Shown: one piece after another, positions 48,870 to 61,017 of the stretch
How positions within the stretch are numbered: the stretch's first letter is position 1
Layout: each line of letters begins with the position of its first letter
Source: Podarcis liolepis
Lineage: Eukaryota
Reading direction: 5' to 3' (one strand)
Assembly: GCA_965112155.1 (NCBI GenBank)
Contig: OZ218105.1
DNA length: 64,000 nt
Translations under genes and position numbers: made by a program
Notes under the pieces: generated by a model
Database searches by the model: none
What the model saw: only the letters and a program-made list of their open reading frames with translations
What the model was told of the DNA's origin: nothing

Positions 48870-49516
48870 AACCTCCATTAGCAGAGGAGCCAGACTTGGG
48901 CAGAGCTGGGAAAGGAGGAGGTTGGTAGCCTCAACTCCCTGACATAACAGTCCTGTCTCCAGGGACAGCATAACATGACTCCAGCAAGGAAGAGTCACAT
49001 AAATTATTTCCCTTCAGAGCCCAAAATAACGTCCCCATCGCTTCCCACGCAGCCACAACTGAACTTAAGATTTCATCAAATTATTATTATTATATTTATT
49101 GATATCCCACCTTTTCCCCAGGTTGGGACTCACAGAACGGATTCTTTTCGTCTTGCGAGGCACCACTGTAGTTGGTCACAGCTCAGCCTGCAATATATAA
49201 ACCCCAGACAGGTAAACCAAATTGCATGTAATCAGTAAATAAACATGTTAAAAAATAGCAAGTGAGACTGTGTTGGGCTACATCACTGGCCTCATGCCTA
49301 GAGCGCACAAAGGGGAACTCTGGTGAAAAGGGACTTTGCACAAACAGCCTGGCTTGAGATCCATGTGCTCTTCCAACACTTGTGAACACTGATTTTTCTA
49401 AAGCCTGTAAGGGAGGGTGGAGAAGCTCCATCCTGTAGACCCCATGACGACCTACATGGGTTGCAATTTGTCCTAAGAAGCTGCTTTCGTCAAACCACAC
49501 CCACCTGCGCCACACC

Positions 49517-49702
49517 CAGAGCCAGCCCAATGCAGTTTGGCACCTGAGGCAAAGCACAAAATGGCGTCCTCCTCTCTGCCAGGGAAGGGGTGAGTGAAGA
49601 TCTACAAGTACGGAATAAAGATCCACACTGGGGTCTGCTGTACCTGTGGGTCCTGCCGCATGAGGCAGTTGCCTCACCTTGCCTCATGGGTAGCCAGCCC
49701 TG
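49517..49702. mobile_element. Decayed hAT (Tip100-like) MITE
   Basis: TIR cagagccagc / gccagccctg; TSD gccacacc/cccacacc (7/8). Confidence 0.7.
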
Positions 49703-50268
49703 CCCACACCTGCTGATATCCGCTATGAGGCAGGCAAGAACATGGCTTCATAATGGGGCTTGCTAACAAAGCTGTCTGGAGTCAACTGTGAGCTCCACTG
49801 AAACTGGCTGCACATCAAGAACTTTCTAGTGCAGCTGAGGAGACAGCTCAGCTCTTTCAAGCACCAACATCACCCAGCTGTGAGCAACTGTGCTTTCCAA
49901 ATACTATGGAAGCACCTGCAAGGGTTTTAAAAGTACCAACGATCAGCTGATCACCAGTGGTTGCAAAGGGTTGTGCATTTGACATAAACCATGAGGTTAA
50001 AGGAAAATGAGTTGCCTGACGTCATTGTACTGTCAAGTGATTGGCAGGCTGATGGTGCTGTCGATCTGTCAAAGTTGGCCCATGGGTGGAGGAGTATACC
50101 ATCCCCGCTGCAAGGCTTACAGATCTTGAAGTCCTGAGACACAAAACAGTGAACAGGAATGTCCCCAGGACTCCTGCAAACTGGGTGGAAGGACTAGCAT
50201 TCCACACAGGTAAGCAAGCAGGGAGCATTCAATATGCATAATGCACAGGACAGTGACTCAATACTCTA

Positions 50269-50729
50269 CAGTGGTATCATTCTTTAAGAACAGCTTAGTT
50301 TATGAACAACTTGGATTAAGTACACTGCAAACCCAGAAGTACAGTGGTACTTCGGGTTAAGAACTTAATTCGTTCCAGAGGTCTGTTCTTAACCTGAAAC
50401 TGTTCTTAACCTGAAACACCACTTTAGCTAATGGGGCCTCCATCTGCCACCGCACTGCCGAAGCATGATTTCTGTTCTCATCCTGAAGCAAAGTTCTTAA
50501 CCCGAGGTAATATTTCTGGGTTAGCGGAGTCTGTAACCTGAAGCGTATGTAACCCAAGCGTTAGTGAACTTTGCCTTGGAAGCATAACATGTTCCACTTC
50601 CTTTTGAGTGTGTTCCATTTGGAAACTGAGTCCCCCGTTGCTATGGGAAAGCACACCTTGGTTTAAGAATGCTTTGGTTTAAGAACGGACTTCCAGAACA
50701 GATTAAGCTTGTAAACCAAGGTACTACTG
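50269..50729 (+). mobile_element. Family-B MITE with nested family-A MITE (50342 to about 50560)
   Basis: Flanks align to the 41644 copy; the insert begins at an internal TA. Confidence 0.88.
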
Positions 50730-51841
50730 GATACAGAAAAGTGGGAAGGGAGCTGTTGGGCATAAAATATATAACATGCAAGAAAATGACAGACTAGTCA
50801 CTGAACAGTCATAGAGAAAAGCTCATATACACTCCAGTAACTGCAGGGACCATGATCTTTTGAAAACAATGAGCATGTTCAATGTCAACATTCCTGAGAA
50901 GCCCCAGGCTCCATTACAGTTACTTGGGCTTAGCCTGAAGTAAAAGAGACGGTCTCCTCTTCAGCACAATCCAAGATGGTTCAGAGCACTCTCTTTAGCG
51001 CACTTAGCTCTCCATTCCATCCATACAGACATCCACATTACAAAGCCACACAAAATTGCATTATTGGTCCAAAGTTGAAGATACCAGCAAGATACCTTTC
51101 TGATATTAGTGGACGCAGAATTATCAATGTTATTATTAGCTTTCTCCATTTGCTGCCGATGTGGCAGAATGGGAAGGGTGCAGCTATTTTCATATGGTGG
51201 AATTCAATGCCAGTCCTACTCAGAGTACACCCATTGATGGGCATTACTAATTAGGCTCATTAATTTCAACCTCTGTGTAGCAGCTCTTGGCTGAATAAAA
51301 ACCATCCTGGTAGATTCTGAAGACCTTTCCATTCATGGCACTTTTTATGAACAAATTATTGGATTTTAAGGATGCCTGGCAAGCTGTGAAGGAGCCCAGG
51401 GTATGTACATCCTTCTGCCAAACTAGAATCTGTAGTAAATGAAGAGAGCAAAAAGTTGGACTACAATGACCAACACTGCAGCAGCATGCCAGTGAGAGTT
51501 CATACACGCCTAAATTTCCAATTCAGAGCTGGCCAGTTGTCATTTTTTAAAAAAATACTAATATGAGCAGTCTATCATGAAAAGGTTCTTATGAGGATCT
51601 GCCCAACTTCTGGATAAATTGTTTGTCTGTGGCAGGTCAGAGAGTTTTGTGAGAAGGCTGGCTAGACTGGCCACAGTGTGTGTTAAGTGCTGTCTGCATG
51701 TCAAAAGGAGCTCAGGAAGACTGCTTACAGGTCAGAAGCGGCAACTGCAGAGAGCCTTCAACAAAATCTGAAGCTCTTCTAAATAGGACTTTGTGCACTC
51801 TCCACTGTTCCTTTAATCTTCACCAATGGTATGTCTTAGAC

Positions 51842-52363
51842 CAGTGTTTCCCAACCGGTGTTCCGCGGCACACGAGTGTGCCGTGAGACATCGGCTGGTG
51901 TGCCGCGAGATGCCTGGAGGGAGGCGGGCGAGTCGGGCGGCGAGAGGCGGGGCGGCGGCGGCGAGGAGAGGCCGCGCCTCCTGCTGCTGCCTGGCGCTCC
52001 TCCTCGCAGCCGGCAGCGCTGCCTGGGCGCCTCCGCGCGACTCTGCCTCGCTGGGTTTGGTCTCCCAGCAGAGACGGGTCACACGCGCACCTCCCTCCCT
52101 CCCTCAGCCTGCGCGGAGGGAGAGCCAGAGAGAGGCATCGCTCCTGCGCGGCGGGAGAGGGAGCAGCCGGAGCGATGCCCCAAACGAGCTGAATTCCGAG
52201 CGAGGGACTGAGGGGGGAGGGAAAAAACTTTCACTTTCGTGCGTCCCTCCCGGCGTGACGCTGCGCGCTGACGTCACGGGGCGGGGTTTTAATGGTGGTG
52301 TGCCGCGAGATTTTTTTTCAGTAGACAGGTGTGCCGTTGCCCAAAAAAGTTTGGGAAACACTG
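51842..52363. mobile_element. Young hAT (Buster/Charlie-like) non-autonomous element, 522 bp, CpG-island-like interior
   Basis: 13-bp TIR CAGTGTTTCCCAA; perfect TSD tcttagac; subterminal sequence related to the 30047 element. Confidence 0.93.
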
Positions 52364-53246
52364 TCTTAGACTATGCCATTGTCCTTGGTGCACTTGTGGG
52401 CTAGATGAAAGCAACAAAGGAAAAATAGACATGCTGCTTTTAGAATAATTTAAACTGAAAAGCAGCTTGTCTCTTCAGCAGTGCAAGTGGCTCCAGTGAG
52501 AACCTTAAACACCAGAGGGATGGCAAATGCATGGGACCAAAATGGAAAGCTGCTGGGGAACGGTTCAAGTTGTTTCCCCGCTATACGGGTATAGGGTAAG
52601 ACAATGTGTGGTTCTAAACAGCAAAGAAGTGGTTCTCAATGGAAGAAACTTTATAAGCCGTGGTCTGCAACCAGATGCCCATACCATCTCTTTTCTTTAA
52701 GTTTGGTTGTGTTCATGTGGTTTCCTCCCAAACAAGAATATCCAGATTTGTTTCCCCAGTGATAATCAGAAATAAGACTTGTACAGAAGCAGTGATTGCA
52801 TTAATTGACTGCTGAGAGGGCACACGTTTCTAACAAATCAGAAAGATGTTTTCCAAACGGCATCAGAGCTTCATCAATGGGAATTGCACGTTCCAGAGAA
52901 GTATTTTGATGCAGCACCACAGAAAGTCAGTAAGGCTACAATCCTATCCACACTAACCTAAAAGTATTCCCCACTGAAGACAATGGGACTTGCTTCCAAG
53001 TAAATGATGGTCAGAAATGTCTTTGCATGCATGGTTATTCAGAGTGTACCCAAATCCTAAGAGCCATCTGAGAGCTAATTGTTTAGAGAGGAGGCAGATG
53101 AAGACCAAAATGCAAAGTGTATGTACGGATTGTGTTTACTAAGGATATAGATGTAAGGAACATGATCATTCCTAAGTAGTACAGCAAAAAAATGAGCCAG
53201 TGAGCATGTTTATTCTTAATTCAATAAAGAGACGAAAAAGTTGGAG

Positions 53247-53494
53247 CAGGGATCAGCAACCTTTCTCAGCCGTGGGCCGATCCACTGTCCCTCAGACCAC
53301 AGGATGGGCCGGACTATATTTTTGGGGGGAAATGAATCAATTCCTATGCCCCACAAATAACCCAAAGATGCGTTTTAAATAAAAGAACACATTCTACTCA
53401 TGTAAAAACACGCTGATTCCCGTACTGTCCACAGGCCAGATTGAGAAGGCGATTGGGCCGCATCCGCCCCCAGGCCTTAGGCTGCCTACCCCCG
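53247..53494 (+). mobile_element. hAT-Charlie-like MITE
   Basis: TIR cagggatcagcaacct / aggctgcctacccccg; TSD agttggag/agttagag. Confidence 0.8.
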
Positions 53495-55376
53495 AGTTAG
53501 AGCAACTAGCACACAAGGCAATGGAAGCCAACAGACTTTCAAACTATTCAGAGTCTGTAGGTAGCCAAAATGTGAAGGAGGATGAAGAGAGCAGAATGGA
53601 ACAGATGGAGTTATAAAATATAGCACTGATGATTCTCGACACTTAAATCCAGTAAGAACCAAACACTTCTCAATGCTGAAGGCCTCTTCTGTATAATGGG
53701 TCCAAATATGTTTGTGTTGTTTGGCTGATCTGCAGAACTTCCACTCACTCTACATACTACCATCGTCCTAGTTGACCAGGATACTGAGATGCAACTCATA
53801 AGAACATATGCTGGATCAGGCCAATGACCCATCTAGACCGCATCGTGTCCTGAGAGTAGCCAGCCAAACACCTGTGCCAAACCTGCAAGCAGGGCGCAAG
53901 CTCCAGAGCCCTCTGAACACACAAGGCTCCACCTCTGAGTTTTGTATTTGTGCCTTCAAAAGAAGTTCACAAAGGTTACTGGTCCGTCACATTGTTTTAC
54001 ACATAGGCACAAACCCATTAGTCATTTGTGGTCTTTGAAAAACTAGAAAGCAGCTTTTGTGAAAGTAAAAACAAAAACAAAAATGCAACTGGCTACAAAA
54101 CCACTATTTTTTCACTCCTGGTTTAGAGATCACTGTGAAAGTTGGCTGCTGTTTTTTTTTTTTCTAAATGTGCAGCTCTATAATGTTGCAATGCCTGACA
54201 TAAAAAATGCTTCAGGGCACATGCTTTGCCTGATTTGCACACCAAGTCACTGAATGCGCACTTTAAAAAGGCAAGACTAATGTAAGACACAACTCATTTT
54301 GCAATTGTAACACAGAGAGAAACAAGTACTGTATAAATAGCAATAGGGAAGAAAACCTTTCTTGAGGAGTCAAACCGTGAGCCTGTATTCGGAATGCTTT
54401 GCATACTTCTGGTTATCAGATTATAGCTGAAGAAAGTACAGCAATGAGACCCATGGCCAGCAGTTGCAGTCATTCACTGAAGCCACACTTACTAGGTCAA
54501 AGGTTTCCAAAAAGAACAGGCACAACAGCCACAGGATGAGCACACTCCTGAAAGAAACCCCACCATTCCAGTTCTACAATACTGTGTGGATTCAGCGTAA
54601 TAGATGGAGTCTGGAACACAACCCTCTCAATCCTGCTGTGTCAATTCAAGGAACAAGCAGCGGATCCTCAGCTGGAATCTACTTGGACCTCCACAGGTGA
54701 AAGGCAACAATGACTGAGAGAAGAACAAAAAAGTACTTTCCTACTGTTAGGATGAGAAGCCAAACTAACAAGTTATCCACCTTTGGCTAAACACACTATC
54801 TGGGAGAATCCATGTAATTATTAGCAACTTAAGTCAACAGACTACTGATTCAATGGAATTAAACTAAGTCTGCCTTTTCAATTTTGCAAACACTCATGAA
54901 ACTCTGAGTTCAAATTTGTGTTGCTTTGTCAAGCTCCATTCACACAACTGCTTCGGTCCAGGGGAGCTTGCAGCCCTGCTTGACACACAGATCCCATGAA
55001 GCCTTGAGCATAAATTCATCAGCTTGGGGCAGCTGAGGCTTTTAATTAGCCAACGTTGACTTTTGGCCATGCTTTCATGGGCTGAGGCAGTCATGCAACC
55101 ACCAACAGGCACACAGAGAATCCTGTTTTGATGTTTAAACACAAGCATTCCAGAAGGGCCATAGCAAATGTCACAACCCAGGCCACATTAACACTGACTG
55201 ACGGTCATGCAGTTGTTGGAGCCTGTGACAGCACAGCAGTAAGGGAAGGCGGGCCGATTAAAACCCATGGCCCACAAATTACACCATGGGACTGCCTAGC
55301 AGAACCAGCCAAATGCATCCACCATTTTTACTGCCCTCATTCTTCAACAACTGCTCAGGGAAATTTTCCTTTTCTG

Positions 55377-55810
55377 TTTTTTTCCCCCCAAAAGATATTT
55401 ATTAAAGTTTTTTAAAATATAACAATGAAAAAAATAAAAAGAAACAAAATACAACATAAAAACAGTTAAAAAACAAATAATTTTCCATAATATATCTTCC
55501 TTACGCTTATTTCCCCAGACCTCCTCATACCTCCCTTCTTTGTATTCCACTTCAATTTGTTAGTTCAGCAAATCCTTACCATTAAGCTTTTACCCATTTA
55601 TAAACCTTTTTTTTCGTATCTCCTAAAGCATTACAGCTGGAAACCCCTTAGTTTCTATCCAACATCCTTCTAACATTCATTAACTTTACAATATTTCTGT
55701 AAATAGTCTTTAAATTTCTTCCAGTCTTCTTTCACCAACTCTTCTCCCTGGTCTCGGATTCTGCCAGTCATTTCTGCCAATTCCATGTAGTCGATCACCT
55801 TCATCTGCCA
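55377..55810 (-). mobile_element. L1-clade LINE, severely 5'-truncated, with 18-bp TSD
   Basis: Minus strand encodes WQMKVIDYMELAEMTGRIRDQGEELVKEDWKKFKDYLQKYC, similar to the C-terminus of the 39723 ORF; TSD ggaaattttccttttctg at 55359-55376 and 55811-55828. Confidence 0.88.
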
Positions 55811-56048
55811 GGAAATTTTCCTTTTCTGAAGCTTGTTCTGATCTTTCTCTCTGGAAAGATTCAGGCCAGAGGCATAATTTAAAGGTGACTATCTAAACTG
55901 TAAACAATATACCCACCTTCAGCAGGAAACAAAAGTCTGCCAATATCCCATCAGAAGTCTGCTCAAAAGAAATGAAATCATACTTTACAGTTGCTGTATC
56001 TAAGCCTACCAAATTTGGGAAGCACAAGCTGTCTGATATGCAATGTTA

Positions 56049-56418
56049 AAGGTAAAGGGACCCCTGACCATTAGGTCCAGTCATGACTGACTCTGGTTTA
56101 CACATAGGCACACAAACCCATTTCGCTTTATTGGCCGAGGGAGCCAGCCTTTGTCTGTAGACAGCTTCCGGGTCATGTGGCCAGCATGACTAAGCCACTT
56201 CTGGTGAACCAGAGCAGCGCACGGAAACGCCGTTTACCTTCCCGCCGGAGTGGTACCTATTTATCTACTTGCCCTCTGACGTGCTTTCAAAATGCTAGGT
56301 TGGCAGGAGCAAGGACCGAGCAACGGGAGCTCACCCCGTCACGGGCATTCGAACTGCCAACCTTCTGCTCGGCAAGTCCTAGGCTCTGTGGTTTAACCCA
56401 CAGCGCCACCCATGTCCA
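56049..56418 (-). mobile_element. Sauria SINE, full length, 14-bp TSD
   Basis: TSD gatatgcaatgtta at 56035-56048 and 56419-56432. Confidence 0.93.
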
Positions 56419-56537
56419 GATATGCAATGTTATGGATATGCAAATTGTGGATTTATGAAGCAGACATCTGGGCAGAGCAATCCTAACCCCTACTCTGTGG
56501 TGTAGGGATAGGATGCTGCGGAATGTCCCCTCTAGGG

Positions 56538-56673
56538 CAGGAATGGCCAAACTCAGCCCTCCAGTTGTTTTGGGACTACAACTCCCATCATCACTAGCTA
56601 ACATGACCAGTGGTCAGAGATGATGGGAATTGTAGTCCTAAAACAGCTGGAGGGCCAGGTTTGGCCATGCCTG
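56538..56673. mobile_element. Palindromic hAT MITE (136 bp)
   Basis: TIR caggaatggccaaac / gtttggccatgcctg; perfect TSD ctctaggg. Confidence 0.9.
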
Positions 56674-57043
56674 CTCTAGGGGCTCCGCTGGTGGTGTGGA
56701 CCTTCACTCAGGTGCTGCTGCACCCACTGAAAAGTCGAGTTAACCTAAAGCCCCAAAGAAGAGCATTACACTGCCTAGAATTGGTGTGCTACACACATAC
56801 GCACACACTCCCCTAAAATGCTGGAATAGTTTATAGGGCTGCTGTGGAAAATCTGCTATTCCACATCACCCCAGCCCCAGTTAGGATTGCTTCCTTAATT
56901 ATTAGCATGATGAACTTCCAGTATTTCCAACAGGTGCTTTACCTGTGCAGCAAAAAGAATCAGTAGGACTGCCACCTACCCTTCAACAAATAAGTCTGAG
57001 TGAGCCAGCCATTCAGCCACTGAACACTCCACAGTTTTGGTCC

Positions 57044-57191
57044 CAGTGGCGTAGCGTGGGTTGTCAGCACCCGGGGCAAGGCAAGTAATTTGCGCCCCCT
57101 AACCCGTGGATTTGCACCCCCTAACCCTAACCCCCAGATGTTGCGCCCGGTGCGGCCGGCCCCCCCTGCACCCCCCCACGCTACGCCACTG
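57044..57191. mobile_element. Young hAT (Tip100-like) MITE, 148 bp
   Basis: Perfect 17-bp TIR CAGTGGCGTAGCGTGGG; perfect TSD tttggtcc. Confidence 0.93.
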
Positions 57192-58324
57192 TTTGGTCCT
57201 AAGGGACCGCCAAGGCAGCTTTTTAAAAAATGAAAATACTATACAACCATTTTAAAGGGATTCCTTGCTCCACCCATTAATTTCCTTTGGGAATCTGTTG
57301 GGGGAATGAAAGGAGAGACACCCCTTGTCTGCTAAGAGATTAGCACTGCGGCAGTGCAGCAGGCATCCCTATTGAATCCCAAGAGACCCACACACTGTGA
57401 CAGATGCTGGCCGCTGTCACAGAATTAATGTGTCAGAAGATGCTGGGGACCTTAAATGACTCAAATTTATGGGCTTTTCCATTGGCTGGCCATTTTTGAG
57501 GGTTGGAAAAGTCAACTAGATCCTGAAACGAACCCCAATATCCTTCTCCAAGAGGGCTGCAATGCATGCCATAAATGAGCTGAACTCTACGCCCCTTGCT
57601 ATTTGAAGTCCAATTTACTTCAATGTGGAAGTAAGCACATCTTTAATTTTTTCTCTCTTCTTAATTAGAAGTGATTTGGTGAGATCCAGTATTCAACACA
57701 GAGAGAGAAATTCTGCTGAAATCACTGGACCTCTGATTATGACCTAGTACAGTATCACCCATAAACAGTGGCCCATGTATTTTAAAAAACTGGAATAATA
57801 TTCTATATATACTTCTACACTTCCTTATTTTTTTTACTCTTCAACATTTCTGGAAATTTTACATCTCTAATTATATCCCAAGTGTCAGACTATTCCTGAT
57901 AAACAATCCCAAGTCCCTATTTTGCAAGCAAAAATTACTTCAATGTTCTTAGAAGCATTATGTTAGTCAACCTATTCCCATAATTGCTCTAACAGCAAAA
58001 TCTGGGAATTGTGGTTACAAACTTGAGGGTCAGAATGAGCAGAGGGATGGAAAGAGCAGGGCACTGCCATTTTCAGAGACACAAAGTGAGGGTATGGTTT
58101 TAACTTATATTGGTGAAACATGTGCAAGCTTTCACTGTATATGGAACCCTTCAAAGGCAGAACAAGCCACCGATTCTCAGCAATACAGAAAATCAACTTT
58201 CTTGCATACTTGTTGAAGACAGACAGTCAGCAGTTCACAAAATGTTTACTGTAGCATCAAACTGGCATGGAGGCCAATAGACACATCTCTAGCAAGAGGG
58301 AAAGGACCGAGTTGTCAAAAACTA

Positions 58325-58689
58325 CCGTATTTTTTGCACCATAACACTCACTTTTTTCCTCCTAGAAAGGGGAAATGTCTGTGCGTGTTATGGAGCGAAT
58401 GCCTACGGGTGGCGGGGGGGGGGGATCTGCTGCAGTCGTGAGCAGAGGATCCATTGTTCCCCTTCCTTTCCTCCTCCGTGGTTACAAAGCATGGATCCAC
58501 ATGGATCCTCAGGATTTTTGCATTGGGCTACTCCAAACTCACTGTCAAATCACATGTCTGTGGCCACAGCATGAACCACAAAAATCATATATCCACTATT
58601 TCGTTTAGAATATTATTTTCCTTGTTTTCCTCCTCTAAAAACTACGTGCGTGTTATGGTCTGGTGCGTGTTATAGAGCGAAAAATACAG
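58325..58689 (+). mobile_element. CCGTATTTTT-family MITE, medium form (365 bp)
   Basis: Same termini as 45577; internal deletion derivative. Confidence 0.9.
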
Positions 58690-59043
58690 TAGTTATGGCC
58701 TCTTAGCAGGAGTTGTGACATGGCAAAGGCTGCCAGGGACTTTGCACTGCTGAAAATCAGACCCACAGCAACTTTGCCCTGCCTTACCTATGAACGCCTA
58801 GGCAGATGCTCTTGGCTGGAAAAGTTTATATATTGATAGAGTTGGCATGCCTGTCAACTGACCAGTCAAATACTGTCAAGTGGCATCGATTATAAAATGC
58901 AATCAAATATTGTCAAACAGTCAATCTAGTTGCCAGGCTGGAAGCTTCATGCAGAGAGTTCTATGCCACTGCAGGAGCAAGCCTTCCTAACTACTAAGCA
59001 ATGGGAAAAGTGGATGGACCCAGACTCAGAATATTGACTTGGG

Positions 59044-59094
59044 GTTTGTTTGTTTGTTTGTTTGTTTGTTTGTTTGCTTGCTTGCTTGCTTGCT
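59044..59094. repeat. (GTTT)n(GCTT)n compound microsatellite
   Basis: Read directly. Confidence 0.95.
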
Positions 59095-60174
59095 TAACTT
59101 TTTCCATGGATTCACATGGATTGTTTCTGATATTCCCCCCCCCCCTCTATGGATTCATTAAGTAGCTCAACTGAGCTAAAGGGGTTGTGTGAAATATTTG
59201 GGGGGGGGTGGATGAGGTGGAAATGAGACTTAATGAACCATGTGACATAGAAAATCCGTTCTGCAAGCAAACAAGCCTGGACTTCTCATGTTGTTGTTTC
59301 AGAAATAGAGATGACTCATGTGACTCATAGCCCCATCCTTACAGCGTAAGTACCACGGAATACGTTCCAAACAAGTTTTCTTAAAATCATACAGTCAGAA
59401 GCATCCCTCAGTTCTGCTGCAGATATGATCTGGTTTCAGGTATTTGGTTGTGATGTATCAGTCAATGCTTGTTCACTCTTTCATGGCAGAGGTACTATGA
59501 CATTATAACATCCACTACAGGCAGAAATTCAGGAGATTTGACTTTCCCTATCTGCATGTTGGGAAAAGACAGTTTCACTTCTGCCTGTTCTCAGCTGTGA
59601 AAGGCACAGGTCCTTTGTCAACAAATACAGTAGAAACTCTGGCTGAAATTCCATTCTCAGTATACCTGTGACTTTTATATGAGTACCCACTTATGCAGCT
59701 ATTCCCATATTGCCATTTTAAACAAGGGAATGGCTTGTATAACAGGGAAATTGGTCCCCAAGGAATAACCTGAAAGATGACAATTCCACACTGTGGATCA
59801 AACTCAATCCTCTGTTAAGTTTCTCTTCAGATCATTGTCGCAAGCCAGCTAACTCTCTTAATACCAGCTACTCCAAACATTTCCATGAAATGCAAGTGTT
59901 TGCCATGGCGCCGGCTTCTGGCCTCAAAATCCTTTTATTTGCATAACAACTGTCCACATGCATGGGAGAAAAAGAGCCATTTCCAGCAAGTATCAGGTGG
60001 GGGAAGGGCAGCATTCAGAAGATAATTCTTCGGTTGCAAAAGGCAACTATTGTGCTTTTAAATGAAGTTCCACTCTCAATATGAAAAAGTGTTTTTAAAA
60101 AGGGCAGGAAGATGAATTCACTGCTGAGGAATAGGCAGAAACAGTATGAACCCTTTTGGAAGTTCTCTTAACCT

Positions 60175-60199
60175 GTTGTTGTTGTTGTTGTTGTTGTTG
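60175..60199. repeat. (GTT)n microsatellite
   Basis: Read directly. Confidence 0.9.
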
Positions 60200-61017
60200 A
60201 AGATGTAAAACTCAACTTCTCCCCAGACCTCCAACAAAACAAACTATCAACAGAACTACAACTCTTCCGACTCACCTAGTCTTAACCACAAAACCACATT
60301 TTCAGCATAGCCCAGAAAACATTTGGAGGTAACCAAGTTGGAAAAGCCTGATCTATTAAAACAAAAACTTGCAGGAGGGATAAAACAATGGGAAATTCCT
60401 TAGCAATAAGGCACTAGCAGGAGGCTGCTGTTTGTGGTCGAGCCCAGATATCTTAAAAGTTTGTAAGAACCTGGAGTGGAGGTGGGGGAAGAGAATGAAA
60501 GACACGAATGTACACCTTTAGGCGAGTCTCTCCCAGTGCAAGGATGCTGCTGCCATGTGCTCAAACAGACTCATTCTACACACACACACCACAAAATTTC
60601 TTCATTTTCCACACTTCTTGGAAGGCACCAAGTCTTTGCCAGGCTATTTTGTAATCTTTTTTAACCTTTGTAAGTGAATCCCTGTAAGTGCTATATCCTC
60701 AATAATGTAAAAATCCCATATCTATGTCTGTGGGTCAGCCTATTTCAGTGCCCTCTTCCCACAGGAACAGGAAAATCTAGTTCAGCATTGCAGAGAACCA
60801 GTTGGGGCAGTGTGGGGAAAGGGTGACAAGTGACTGGGAATGTCCCTTCCCCAGAGTACACAAGTGAAAACAGCTTCCTGATCACCTAGCCTTCAACCTC
60901 AGGAGGCGGCAACTGAGAAAAGGCATTCAGTAGGTACTCCATTCGCAGTTTTCCCACTCTAAATTGTCAAAGAGGGCCAGATTTGAGGAAGCGAAGAACA
61001 CGCGTGAAGACCCACCA

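Noticed and set aside
51826-52404. 192-aa Arg/Ala/Gly-rich ORF
   Set aside because: It spans a GC-rich MITE; stop-codon depletion explains the length.
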